A stretch of DNA of 64,000 nt from Lepidodermella squamata (taxonomy: Eukaryota > Animalia > Gastrotricha): the NCBI GenBank assembly GCA_047495785.1, contig JBLDXI010000010.1, positions 2,294,001-2,358,000 of the forward strand, given 5' to 3'. Shown in pieces: positions 26,301-39,853 of this stretch (position 1 is its first letter; every line of letters begins with the position of its first letter). The position numbers were made by a program, and so were the translations under genes. The notes under the pieces were generated by a model. It ran no database searches. It was not told where the DNA came from and saw nothing but the letters and a program-made list of their open reading frames with translations.

Positions 26301-28989
26301 TACTCCTTCCAAGAAATATGCAAAATTTCATAATTGATGGTGAAACAATCCTATTGGAGATTAACTTTAATTGTATAATTAATGCATTGCTCTAACTTCG
26401 CTCGTACAGTTAGTGCCTATTACATTTAGCAATTTTAACGAGCTCATTATGCCTCTAACATGTCGTGATATGCTTTCATATACTCAAAATATGACCATTA
26501 AGCACTCGAAATGTATGCAGCCATTTATTATTCCCACTAAGATGTTCAAATTCTAAAAATAGATTATGGTACTTCGTCCCCTATCTTTTTTAGTTTAACA
26601 TCACATTGCCTAACGGAGGGTGTGAAATATAACAAATTCATTTTGGTCATTTTGATACTTCGCGCTTATTTCTATTGTTTAGCAGGTTTCTCTGATGTTT
26701 GACTGTTTACATTTTCAATTATTTCGCATGTTTCAGATACACGAAAGACAGCCAGGTGTCCCGCGTTCGCAGCTTGTTTTTCCATGGCAAAATCACGTTT
26801 TTGCTGTACACCGAACGAATGCACTTCTTCAAACGGTACGTTGATACTCTTTTATAGTTTATAGCAAGCTTATATAAGTATGGGAGGGTGTAGTCGATAA
26901 GAAACTCGGCATTCACATCCTCAGGGGTTGAGAGGTTGATAAAACGAGTTTCGTCCGTTTAAGATCGTGGTATTAGTACGCGCTGGAAGAACACGCGGCA
27001 TTCTGCCGGAGGTACAACAGGTGGGAAAAAGCCGACGCAACCGAACCCCATGTCACCCATCGGCAACCCTTCATCTTCTCTCTGCAATTAAAAAGCAATC
27101 AATGACATTCAGTCTACAGAAATATTTGCGGCAATTGGAGCACCTCGACCGAGTCAGCGGCCAGGCTGCTACAGTCGCCAGTAACTACATGCCCAGCAGA
27201 CGAGAAGTGCCGCTCTGACTCGCCGCTGCTGGCACTCTTTTAGTTTAGGGAATTTCAGTTCTCAATTTTCAAACTCCTGAAGGTATAGATTACTCACTTT
27301 ATAAAACGTAATGGATTGGACCTGCCGAACTCATCGCGCTCAGAAAGCTGCTGGGATTTGAATTCGCGATAATCATCAAGCTCCTTTCACGCGATCTTCA
27401 ATCGATTCGCTCTGACAGCTGGCAGCTCCAAGCAGCTAATCATGGCGAAAATATCGCTTGTTCGTTGCTTCTTTGATACCGGCTCATCGATGGCTAGCTG
27501 ATTCGCCTTTAGAATGAGATCTCTAAAAGCCGAAACCAAGATTTCTTTCCAAATCGAATGGCCCCAGAGGATTCCGGATAGCATTATGGATTAGATATGC
27601 CGCGGTTAAAATTTTAGTGCCGGCCGGGCCGATCATCAGAGGACATGACCCGGGTTAACCGCACTGAAAACGTAACGAAAATAACCGCATTTGTTTTCCT
27701 TTTAGTGAGCCTCTCAACTCTTAATTCATCTCATAGCTCATAGCTTTACTCGCATGAAGAAGCTAAACAGGAGCGGCCGGATCTTGAACCTTTCTTCGTG
27801 TGTTTGCCACGTTTTCTCGAGCACTCTTTCGCCGCGCATCGCTCTGCTTGCGATTGCGATCCTTATCCTCAAGAATTGCCGCATCTTTTGCGGCTTGAAT
27901 TGCCGCTTCCTTTGCCGCGATTTTACGCGTTTTAGTCATGAAAAAATAATATTTTGAAGGGGGATAATGCTCACGAGAAATTATTAAATGATAAAAAAAT
28001 TCCCGACCACCCCACCGCCCCGACCACACATCACGAAGCAAAAAATATGTGGAATCTGACACTGCAAATCCAGACTAAGATGCTCTCCGTGTCGTCACCC
28101 CTCCAACCGCCCGCTCGCTGTGAAACTAAAAGGCCCTTCAGGTAAAAATGGCACCATATCTTTATTGAAAACAGAACTCGATAACCGAAAGATGCGAGCA
28201 TTGCTTCTCGGTTTCCGTCAACAGCCAGACCATGTGCGCCAATCGCCCTAGCAAAGCTGTCTGCACTGCCCAGAAGGAAATTCAAAACGGTCCTTTTGAT
28301 TTCCTCGGATAATTCAAAATCGCCTTCGAGCTGGTGACTTAGAACGTGAAATTAGCAGCCTCTGGGAAATTACTAACAGAAAATAATGCCTGAGTCATTG
28401 TTAGTAAAATACATTACCCGTCATTGGGCACGCCGATTAATGACATGTCGAGAGGGTTTAGCCTTTTTCTCAACAATACGCAGTCGTTCTTGGCCTTCAG
28501 GCATCAATGTCTTACTAATGGAGCGGCTTTTTCATGGGTAGTCGAGGTTCAGGATTAACTCTAATAGTGTTCGGGGTTTTAGGTCCACGCTTCACTTTAA
28601 TAGACAGGCCGTGACCATACTTAACAGTCGGCATAATTTGAATTTCCTTGTTTTTTCTGAGTTGAAATCATATGTATCTCTTTTATTTTGATTTTAGATT
28701 TCGAATTCGAGGAGTGAGAAATATTGTATTCTACGCCCTGCCATCCTACCCGAATTTCTACCCCGAAATCGCGAATTGGATGGCCGACGCGCCGCCGGGC
28801 GAAGCATGCCAGGTCGTTGCGCTCTACTCGCGATTCGAAGTGTTTCAACTCGCTGGAATTGTCGGCTCGGCAATGGCCCAACGCATGCTGAACAGCAACC
28901 AAGATTTGGCTGGGTCTTCCTCTTCCAGTGTGCACATGTTTGTCTCAGGTCAGGCTGAGCCGACTGAGACAAGGTCTTCCAAAAAATGA
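23335..28989 (+). CDS. UTP25: U3 snoRNP-associated protein 25 / digestive organ expansion factor, ~726 aa
   Basis: Exons 23335-24178, 24677-25622, 26737-26835 (99 nt, missing from ORF track: YTKDSQVSRVRSLFFHGKITFLLYTERMHFFK), 28698-28989. Motifs RDRGLTRARILVLLPFR, FYASDLIIASPLGLR, MQNWEHV, FIPSYFDYVRLRNY. Confidence 0.95.
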
Positions 28990-29116
28990 TAGGCAGAAAA
29001 AATTCCATTGTTGCGGCTCAATTTTATTTGGAAAAAATAGTAATTATAATCTTTAATTCATATCATTTCAATTAAATAGGGGCTTTAATTGAGAGAGAAC
29101 CATCACCGATGAGTGG

Positions 29117-32100
29117 ATGGCCCCGAAATTTCCGGCTGTCAATTTGCGGGTACTATGCTTCTTTTTAACCGGTCTCGTCTTCACGATTTTATTCGGCTAC
29201 CTCATATTCGGATCGAAAGCTATTGACAATCTGTCGAAATTGGATAAGATCACGGATATTGTCGGAAAACCGGTTCCAGTCGATAAAAAACCACTGCGTA
29301 TCGATGTTTCGGAAGAAGAGTTGAAGACGGCGCCTTTATTGCCGTTGGCTGGCGAGCAGTTGTCGGATCGGTGGATCGTGGTCACGTCGATCCAACCGCC
29401 GACCGAGGACGTGAAGCTGCTGGGCAAGTTGTCGCGATTCGGCTGGCGCGTGCTGGTCGTCGGCGACAAGTCGAGCCCGAAGGAGTGGCCGGCGCCACAG
29501 GGCGTTCGCTTTCTGTCGCACGACGAGGCGCAGACGCTCGGCTACAACCTGCTGGCGTACCAGCGCTGGAAGACCTACTCGATCAAGAACATCGGCTACT
29601 TGTTCGCCATTCAGCATGGCGCGAAAATGATCTACGATACAGGTACGCTGGAAAATTTACCGAGCACTTTTTTTTTATTTACGATGAAATTTCGGCTGTC
29701 GTTGTTGTTAAAAGACATTGCCTAGATCATTCACCAATATTTTGAAAGCGTTAGGGTCAACAGTATTAGGGATAGTTGGATAGTTTAACAAATCTCGACC
29801 GAATTCGAGCGGTACCACGGCCCGCAATCTTGTATAGATAGGTCATAACACCGACGAATCGACGTTGGCCCAGTGGTCATAGCATTCATTTCTCGATTTT
29901 TCCTTTCTTGATCGATGCACACAGGTGTGTCAAAATTAAAAAGTTAAGATGTAGCACGGCACTTCAGCAGATAATTCAAGCTGCTAAGTTTTTATCTATT
30001 CAAATATATTTATCAGCGCTGTTTTGAGACGAGAGAAATGTTGTTAGTTTTCAAGCGGGAAAACAATGTACACTTTGCAGTCGTCAGAGAAGAGTTTCAT
30101 TTGAAGGCTATCGGGAAGATTTATAACAATATCGTTAATGCAAATAAGAAGAAGAAGAGGTACCACAACGGAACCCTGTGGTACTCCACTCATGACTTTA
30201 GAAGATTCACTAAGAGCATTATTTACTTGTTGATTTGTTTCATTCAAGAATGCACTGATCCATTTTATTAATTTGCCCCGCACTTCGATAGCCTCAAGAT
30301 TTTGTAGTAGCTCTTCTGTGACTCTCAGAATCAAACGCTTCAGCGAATTCTATTCACACATTCATTTTTATCAATGGCATAACTCCAGTCGTACAAGCAT
30401 TCGAGCATCATTTGCGTGGATGTTGATTTTTCCATCATTACGCCATGTTGTTCTTTTGTGGTATAGTTGAAAATCGGGAATGCTGTTACGAATAATTGAT
30501 TCAAAGATCCGGCACGGGGTCCAAGTGAGAGAGATAGGACGGTAATCGGCAGTATTTTTGAATTTCCTTTCTTCGGTATAGGAGTGACTGGTGCATCTCG
30601 CCAACAGACAGAAATGGCGCTGTTTTCAAAATTCAAAATATATTTTAAATATTTTTGAAGGGTGTCATAAGTTGATTTCGAAGAGTCGGGACAAACAGCG
30701 TAGGAGTCAGACAGATTAGCGATTATTTCCAGCACTTGATTTTCATCAAAAGTTATATTTTCGAAAGAACCCTGGAATTGATACCCTCCGCGGCTGAGGC
30801 CGAGCATAAGGTACACAAGCCTTGGAGCCGAAGCTACCGCCACGATCAGGTACTTTTGATCCTTTCAAACGTAGCCGGATTTCTTTAAGACAGCAGTTTT
30901 GAGACCAGAGAGCCACGCTTCAAATGAAGGCTGCGCAGGGTGGAACTTTTGGAGCCAGGCCAAATCTTTAGTCGTTTTTCCCAGCACTCGTAAAAGTATC
31001 GGACGCAGCTTTGTGAGAACCGCTCTTGCCCGACTTATTCTGTTTTCGACTGCAGCCGATGCACATGCCTTTTCAGAGATGATCGCACCGAGCAGGTTCA
31101 CCAGAATCGTGGACTGGGCGCTGTTACGGAACGCACCTTTCCGGACGCAAGTTACCTTGCTAGCTTTGACACGACTTGGTTGGCCAGTTGAAAAGTAGAG
31201 CTGATGTTGTGAGCTACAATGATTTTGCATTGCCTTTATCGTCGGTGTCTTATGACCACATTCGGGGCAGACAGGTGGAACGTCCTGCTTCACACCGGGC
31301 TCAGACACACAGAGACTGAGAGGGTGTAACCTCCATTGACTCGTTCGTTTCCATTTTAACCTGTGAATGGCAGCTCGCCCCGTGATTACACCAGTGAAAT
31401 ATTCTGACGTAGGTCTTTCTGCAGCCCTTCACAAGGCAGTGAATCGGCAAAGCCTTCGGGCCAGTGGTTACACTTCTCTTGATTACAAATTCGACACCGT
31501 GTCCGCTTACATTTGAAAACCGCGATTCCATTAGGCCGGAGTTCTTTCACAACTACTTCGCCGTTTTTCATGCTAAAAACTCCACACTGCGTTCTGTCTT
31601 AATGCGAAAGCTTTCCACTTTTAAAAGGGCATTTCGCCTTTTCCCGAAGAGCTAAGATATGATTGCATTAATTTGCTCGAGGAAATATAAAAGTTAATAA
31701 TTAACCTTTAGCTCTCGCCTTTTTTAGCGCGCTGCTTCTTCGAGCCGACTGAGTTTTCTTCATCAGTCTTGCGCTTTGCCCTGCGTTTGCTGCCAGAGGC
31801 GCCATCAGGGTCATTTGAGACGCAATCAGGATCTGCGACTTCCGCGCCACATTTCGTTTCGTTTTTCGACAAATATTTTTTGTGTATGCGCAGAGCCTGC
31901 CTGACAACTCCTGCAAATTTTCCTGTTCGCGGCAAACGGAAGAGTTTTTTTTATTAGACCTGCGGAATCTGCACACATGTCGTAGGGCTTGTGCTCAACA
32001 GCTACCAACCCGTGTTCGCGACGTTCGATGCTCTCGCTGTCGCTCAACTCCTGTTCACAAGGTTCAGTCGCTGATGCGCCTTATGGGGACTCCGTTCCTG

Positions 32101-35100
32101 TGGGACCTTTGGAGCGCAACCATCGAGTTGTGCGTTACAGAAACCGCGCCACCTTGTCAGCTTATGGAACGTCGTTTGATTCAGCGATTCAGAATTTGGC
32201 AGATAGATTCGCATTTACGCAATTGACAGAAGAAGACGAGTAGTAAGAGAAACGATAGCGACGGCTCGAAATCTTGATCATTTGGATAATTGAGTTGCAA
32301 AGGCGCTAGATAATCTAGTGGTAGAAAGTGGTAGAACTGATACTGGACCGAGCTGGATCCAAGAGGGATGGAGCGGTGTTTGTAGCCGTTGTAGGTAGTC
32401 TTCCATCCCTCGACGCATTTCCTGCAAGGGTTTTTGATTACTTGCGTGCGCCATGAGCAATCCCTTTGAGTTGTCGCCGTTTTTATCAGCAGCGCCGTGA
32501 AGAGGCATCAGATGAACCATCAGCACACGTATTGTTGAATCACGGTGTTCATTCTTCGTGTCATTAGCGCCCCTCGAGAACGCGCTTTTAGATATGTGCT
32601 TGACCACGATGGGGGTGCCGCAGGTATTCTTTAAAGGCTCTTGACCAATAGATAAAGTCACTCGTGAGGGATTACTTCGGGAGGTACGTTAATAACAGGC
32701 ATCGCTGGGCCCATGAGCTGTAAAGATATTATGGTACTGGGTTAGTTAGAGTAAACAGCAATCTAAGGGTGAAAGATACAAAGTATTAGCAATCTACCAG
32801 AGACGAGTCAATGATTGATTATGCTATCAAAATGTTTGAAACCTGAAATTCCAGAAATTCAGAATGCACAAGTTGGATATTCCAACATTTTAAAACCTAG
32901 CTGTTATCCTTTATTCTAGACGACGACAATCACCCGACGGATGACTTGAAGTCGATGTTGGAGCTCTCTGGCAATGACGCTAGTAAATCTGTCAAAGCTA
33001 ATGCTGTGAGGGCGCTGGTGCCGGACCCGCAGACGGGCGAGTACTCGCTGCCGGCGATCAACACGCTGCCGCACTTCGGCCAGTCGTCGCTGTGGCCGCG
33101 CGGCTTCCCGCTGTCCGAGGTCGCCCGCCCGCCGCCGCGCCTATACAAACTGTGCGACGCGCGGCCGCCCGCCTGGATCCAGGGCGTCGTGAATGGCGAC
33201 CCGGACATGGACGCCATTTTCAGGCTCACGCGCAAGCACCACGCCACGCCCATCAACTTGACCTTCGACCACGCGCCGTCGATCGTCATCCCGCACGGCT
33301 TCTTCGTCCAGAGCAACTCCCAGAACACGCTCATCACCCACGATGCGCTTTCTCTGCTGTTCTTCCCGTTTTCGAAGAACATTGTAAGTTGATTTGATCG
33401 AAATAGCTATTCTTAAGAATGCAATTGATTGGGTATTCCAAATCGGTGCGGCACTGAGAAGTTTTCAATAGTCAAAAATGACCAAAATATCGAATGAGAC
33501 TTCTTATATAACGAAATTCTTTCGTGAACAAGCCGGCTTCGTAGCCAACTGTTACTAGCGATAAAATCCTCTTATCCAAGGGCATCGGCGAAAAACTTGG
33601 CTTTTGGCCGATAGTTCCGTCGAGTGCGAGGTGATTGCTTCAACAGAGAAGTAAAATCAGCAGAAGTGTTAGAAGACGATTCCGAAATTCAGCTGACATT
33701 CTGACAAGAGGTTTACTAGAAAAAAGATTCGCCTAATTCTTCGCTATCGTCTCTTCTCAGAACATCACAGCGCAATAGAATTGCGAACGCCACAACCGTG
33801 GCCTAAAGATTCTCATTCAGATTCTCAATGTGTTCAGATGGGAGCACAAGTAGTCGATGCCTTTGATGAACTCGTCGCTCGTGTGGTGTACTTGCGAAGA
33901 GAGCAGCTAGTGTATTTGATCGATTTGAATGCCTGCTCGCCGCCGGATTCGATGCATGAAGAAGTTCAGTGTAGTTGTGCTTACCAATGTCGAACGCAAC
34001 CAATTTACCTGTATAGTATCGTTAGGAGGAAACTTGAGGAATAGTTCAACTTACGGAGCACAAACTGAACCGTTTCTCTATTATACTGTCAGTATTCTCG
34101 AGTTGAAATAATCGATTAAATCGATTAAACGGTTGTTGACGGATATCAAATATCAGGATAATAGCGAGCTTCAGATCTTTTGCAAATATATTGACAAATT
34201 TTCTACAGTTTCGTGATTTTCAATTGAACAAATTTTTTTATATTATTATTTAGTCTATGCGAGAGACTGATATCTGGCGGGCGTACATCGGCCAACCGAT
34301 GCTGTGGCTAGCCGGCGGCCGCAAAGGCTACGTGTCGCCCAACGCGTTCCAGGCCCGAAATCCGCATGACTACCTGAAAGACTTCGCCGACGAGCTGAAC
34401 TTGTACCAATCAGCCGGGCGATTGGTCCAGTTCCTATCGAAATGGACGTGCCCGGATCAGTTCGATTTTGGCGGGTGCTTTATTAAGATCTACCAAGATC
34501 TAGCCGCTAGTTCGATTGTCGCAACGGAATTTGATGTGAAAAGTGCTCAGGCGTGGATTTCAGACCTGCGACGCATGAATTTTGAATTCCCGAAGCGGAA
34601 ATCGGCCGACTCGGATTGTTCGGGTTCGATTCGATCAGTTCAATTCTACCCCATCGAGCAGCCATTTGCCCTGCCAGCAAAATCGAAGCTGAATCGATTG
34701 CCTGAATCATCGGAAAAATCTATTTGTCCCGATCAATTCGATCAACCCATGATTGCCTCTGAAATATCGATTTTCGCCATATGGCTTGGGAAAAGTACGA
34801 AAAATATTCCGAATTTAAATCGAATTTATTCTCCATTTTTCGCTCGTCGATTTTATTGTGTCGAATCGAGCGATTTGACCCATCAACCGAATTTGGAGGT
34901 ATCAATCATTGAATCATCCTCGTCGAGTGATTGCTTGCGGCAAATTGTTTCCTTGAATTTGGAATCAACATCAATATCACTTCTAGATTTTTCTAATTTC
35001 GATCAATTAATTAGCCCAGTTCTAATGTCGAAAATCGCGAAGTTCAGCGATTCGACTGCATTTTGCAGTGAGAAATCACATCCTTCATTTGTTGCGATTG

Positions 35101-35306
35101 GCTCATCAAAATTGAAGGAAATTTTGAGAAATGTTGCTGATGATCAATCGATTATTGGTGAAAAGTTGTGTTCGAATGCCGAACTTGCAGTTGTTACCTC
35201 GAATTGCCAATTTTCGCCGTCGACCGGCGCTGAGGTGCTATCCAGTTGTAGAGCTTTACTTGAGTCACCTTCCTCCTCGATGCCTTTCTGCCGCAATAGT
35301 GCTTGA
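29117..35306 (+). CDS. STELLO/DUF288 glycosyltransferase-like protein, copy 1 (~680 aa, type II membrane)
   Basis: Exons 29117-29642, 32920-33383, 34254-35306. N-terminal TM; WIVVTSI..PT, VVGD.KSP, KNIGYLFAIQHGAK.IYDT|DDDN, WPRGFPL, DPDMDAIFRLTR, NSQNTL, DIWRAY, RNPHDYLKDF. Confidence 0.88.
29809..29833 (+). mobile_element. Second Helitron-like 3' terminus
   Basis: GCGGTACCACGGCCCGC hairpin then CTTG|T; shares sequence with 21382-21400. Confidence 0.45.
29940..30760 (-). mobile_element. CR1-like LINE reverse transcriptase pseudogene
   Basis: Frameshifted PVTPIPKKG / DYRPISLT..PCRIFESII / QHG....ST.TQM / SGVPQGSV..PLL.LI.INDI / KLFSDDCKVY. Confidence 0.88.
30865..31531 (-). mobile_element. 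Broken C2H2-like zinc-finger ORFs adjacent to the LINE RT
   Basis: CLVKGC....H....H and CPECGH....H....H spacing across two frameshifted ORFs. Confidence 0.4.
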
Positions 35307-35597
35307 TTTCGGGTTGACATTTCTCTTGATTGTTATGGTGCATATATTTTATCAGTCTTGATATATCCTGTGCAATTGATATTTTCATCAAATTTTATTC
35401 TTGCTTTATATTCTAGAAGAGTTTTCGGCAGTGTTTTTCTGCGACAAAATTTGAAATTTGATGATTGCGTGAAATCTTCTATCTCTCTGGCCGTGGTTGT
35501 TTGATTACCGATTTTTGTACGCTCAAGGGGAATGAATAATTTTCTTACAACATTTTCTCTTCTATTTTAGGTATTTTTGTTGTAATATTTGAATCTC

Positions 35598-38500
35598 ATG
35601 AAAGATAAGCCGATGAGTGTGCGAAAAAGCGTCGCGTTATGCCTGCGACGTCTTAGCACGCCTTACATCATAGTCGGCGTTGTGTTCACTTTCATGTTCA
35701 TCTGCTTCTACCTCATCGTCGTCCGGCCTACAGATGTGCGCAGAAAAGTTGAGCAGTCAAAATCGTACCTAACCGATCTGAGGCGGAAAATTGCCTCGAT
35801 AACGCCTTACAGCTGGGCTAAGCCTGCAGCCGCTATTCCGTTGGGTGTGCCGATTTTGGACGATGAGTTGAAGACGGCGCCTATATCGCCGTTGCCTGGC
35901 GAGCAGTTGTCGGATCGGTGGATCGTGGTCACGTCGATCCAGCCGCCGACCGAGGACGTGAAGCTGTTGGGCAAGCTGTCGCGATTCGGGTGGCGCGTGT
36001 TGGTCGTCGGCGACAAGTCGAGCCCGAAGGAGTGGCGTGCGCCACAGGGCGTTCGCTTTCTGTCGCACGACGAGGCGCAGACGCTCGGCTACAACCTGCT
36101 GGCGTACCAGCGCTGGAAAACGTACTCGATCAAGAACATCGGCTACTTGTTCGCCATTCAGCATGGCGCGAAGATGATCTACGATACAGGTACGTTGAAT
36201 ATATAAGAACTAAACATGTCTGCCATCGAAACTGAGGTTTTTGAAACTAATTTGTTCCGATTTTTCCCCTTTCCCCCTAAATTTTCGGCGTTTTTGGTCC
36301 TGCTTTCTGTCAGTCTGTACTGTATGCCGAAACTCTTTTTCTGAAGACGTTCCTTCTCTCCTCGCCTTGAGTCAAATCGACGTTTTGAAGTTCGGAATGG
36401 GTTGACAATAGGGTCTAGTTATGAAAGCTGTACAATTTGGCGCGATGGAAGAGTAAGGATGGATTTGAGAGTTTCTCCGAGCGGATCTTGAGCCCCCATC
36501 TTTGTAATAGAAACAAGTAGCATTGCCGTCAATTTGATCACCCATCCATTCAGCGTTGAAGTAGGACATCTGACCTGCCAGCTGCGCGAGAGAACAAATT
36601 GCGCTCTCTCGCGAACCTTCTAATCCGGTTATGGCTCAGTGTGCGAGCGTAACGAGCTTTAGCCGAAGCTATTTATGTGTAGAACTTTGCGCTCAGTTGG
36701 GATAAAATGCTTCAATTTTTAACTGGCGTGGAATTTCATATGGTACAGGTTTGGGGGGTTCTTGGCTTATAAAATCACCATCCATTTGTTGAAGCTACCC
36801 AAATCATCAAAGCAAGCTTAAAGAATGCATCTTGTACGGCGTCGATAGTGTTATCGATATCCGCCCAGGATGCGTTTCCTAACGGGTCTGATTTAAGAAC
36901 TGCATGTAGTGTAATAAATGCGGAAAGTTTGATAGTTTGCGGATGAATACTTGTATCAGCGATAGTCAATAACTTTACTCGGATGTTTGAGCATTGGAGT
37001 CGCTGCAATTTCGATTTCGATTTCGATTTCGATTGAATTAAGACCCCCATCGTCCTTGGAGATGACATGTTGCTCCTTGTCGCACCTAGAAACCCCGTAT
37101 TCCTCCGCATTGAACTAATTTTAGAATACGGACTAGACTTCTGTTTTGATAAAAATGAGAGGTTCTCACATTTATCGGTGATTTCAAGGTAACAATTGGC
37201 CACTTGGTTCTTGACGTTCGCAAGGCTGATTGTGTGAAAGGAAACGCGATCTGCGATCGTGATTTATAGGTATCAATAATCTGTCCAGCCCATGAAGCTG
37301 GGAGAACCGCTTGGACAGACGTTTTTATTCATTTGGAATGAATCATTATGCATTTTCTAGATGACGACAATCACCCGACGGATGACTTGAAGTCGATGTT
37401 GGAGCTGTCTGGCAACGACGCCGCGGCTAGTAAAGCCGTCAAAGCTGAAGTTGTTAGGGCGCTGGTGCCGGATCCGCAGACGGGCGAGTACTCGCTGCCG
37501 GCGATCAACACGCTGCCGCACTTCGGCCAGTCGTCGCTGTGGCCGCGCGGCTTCCCGCTGTCCGAAGTCGCCCGCCCGCCGCCGCGCCGCTACAAACTGT
37601 GCGACGCACGGCCGCCCGCCTGGATCCAGGGCGTCGTGAATGGCGACCCGGACATGGACGCGATCTTCAGGCTCACGCGCAAGCACCACGCCACGCCCAT
37701 CAACCTCACCTTCGACCACGCGCCGTCGATTGTCATCCCGCGGGGCTTCTTCGTGCAGAGCAACTCGCAGAACACTCTCATCACCCACGATGCGCTTTCT
37801 CTGCTCTTCTTCCCGTTTTCGAAAAACATTGTAAGTTAATCAAAATCCTGTATACGGCTTATTTTCGTTATGGCTCACATTTTCGTTGCTCGAGGTAAAA
37901 TAATTTTTCTTGAAGAGGAACAAGAGCTAAGAGCCCAATTTATGTAAAAGTTTCAAAGCATTTATAGAATAATGCCTAGTACTGAAAACAGAGTCGGACG
38001 ATTGTGTAGCGAGCAAATGATCTATCGGACCTCAATTAGCGGTCGTATAAATGCACGGTGAAGAAATTGTGTTTTTTTCTAGGGCCTTTCTCGGCCCCAC
38101 TATCCTTCTTGCAATGCCGCAGCTTGACGTCCACTCGCTGACTGCCATTCAACAACTCAGGAAAGCTTACGTCCTGCGTCTGTATTGACAAGATTTCTTC
38201 CGTTCGGAGCCCACCTGCAATCACTAATAAGACATAAGCGAGGTTTAACAATTGTCGCGGATTATCCATACCAAATGCCTCTGACTGAACCGCCAGTCTA
38301 GCATGCCGAGAGCGTTAGCCCCGTGATTTCCGCCCATTCCAGCCTGCTTAGAAGCTTTTAACTTAGCTTTCAGCATCTCGGCAGTCCGAGGAAAGTTAAA
38401 ATAGTGTACTGGAAATCGGGCGATAGAGTGACGAGGGAAGTTTGGCTATTTTAATTAAAAGGGGGGGCACGCCGCAGGTAGTGACTGTGAAAAGTAGTTC

Positions 38501-39853
38501 TGATCCACCTCAGCTTGTTGGGTATATGACTAATTGGTGAGAATCGCGGGCACCTCATTGCGAGATAAATTCCCACGAGCAACATAATGGTCGTATCGCT
38601 GGAACAAAATTCAAATCGCAGACTAGCGCCATGTCAATTGGGGAGGGCGCAACACATTTCAAAAAGTTTATCGAGTTCTATTTTTTAAGATATTAGAATC
38701 TGAATGAATTCGCTCGGTCCAGAACTATTGATGGCCTTTAGACACGACCTCTGTGACTCGGAATTCTGAAAAAATATGATTTCTGGATTTTAAATTTCCA
38801 AAAATTCGAATTACTAGTAGTTGAAAAAATTAATGTTGCTCTATTCTATTTTAGGCCATGCGAGAGACGGATATCTGGCGAGCGTATATCGGCCAACCGA
38901 TGTTGTGGCTAGCGGGTGGCCGGAAAGGCTACGTGTCGCCCAACGCGTTCCAGGCCCGTAACCCACACGACTACCTGAAGGACTTCGCCGACGAGCTGAA
39001 CTTGTACCAATCAGCCGGGCGATTGGTCGAATTCCTGTCGAAATGGACGTGCCCGGATCAGTTCGATTTCGGCGAGTGTTTCGTTCAAATATACCAAGAT
39101 CTAGCCGCTAATTCGATTATCGCAACGGATTTCGACGTGAAAAGTGCTCGAGCGTGGATTTCAGATCTGCGACGAATCGGCTACAAATTCCCGCCTCGGA
39201 AAGATTCGGTCGATTGCTCGCCGCAATCCGATATTCGATCAGTTCAGTTTTACCCGATTGAGCAAAAAATGGCCCTACCAGCCGTTTCGAAGCTGCAACA
39301 AATCGTGCCTGAAAATGACAAAAATTGCGATAATTTCCTGAATTTAGTCATCGAACCCCAAATCGCACTTTCACGATCGGTTTTGGTGATTTTCGTCGGG
39401 GAAAATCGCGAAATTATCCCGAAATTGAATTCGTTATACCGCGCATATTTCGCCCGTCGAATTTTCTGCGTCGATCAATCGATTTTTCACGCATCAGTGG
39501 CGTCTAAAACCACGCTGATTGAATCGACATCGCCTGCGGATTGTTTGACCCAGGTTTCGAATTTGAAACTCGAATCGCCGAATTTCGCGCTGATTTCAAT
39601 CGTAAATCCGGCGTCGTCGAGGATTTTAAGCCCGATCGGTCTGGCGAAATCGGTAATCGGTAAATCGATTGCCGGCGATTGCAGCTCGAATGCAGTTATT
39701 TTAGGCCGATTTTCTGAAATCGCTCGTCTATGCTCGCCGACTGGGTCGAAATTGGCTGTTTCGCAATCGTGTTCGATTGATCCTACTTCTGATGTGTTAT
39801 CAAATTGTGATTTGACGAGTTATGATTGGGCTGCGCCGTTTTGCCGGGTGTGA
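35598..39853 (+). CDS. STELLO/DUF288 glycosyltransferase-like protein, copy 2 (~686 aa)
   Basis: Exons 35598-36189, 37361-37830, 38855-39853; same motifs and same two intron positions as copy 1. Confidence 0.88.
38036..38269 (-). mobile_element. Tyrosine-recombinase fragment (DIRS/Crypton-like)
   Basis: LL...GGLRTEEILSIQTQDV ... V.LRHCKKD resembles the integrase box I (G.RxxE...D) plus the catalytic Lys region; the H-x-x-R/Y half is absent. Confidence 0.55.

Noticed and set aside
35137-35170. Second hammerhead (CTGATGA...GAAA)
   Set aside because: Lies in a coding exon; no helix I/III or cleavage triplet.
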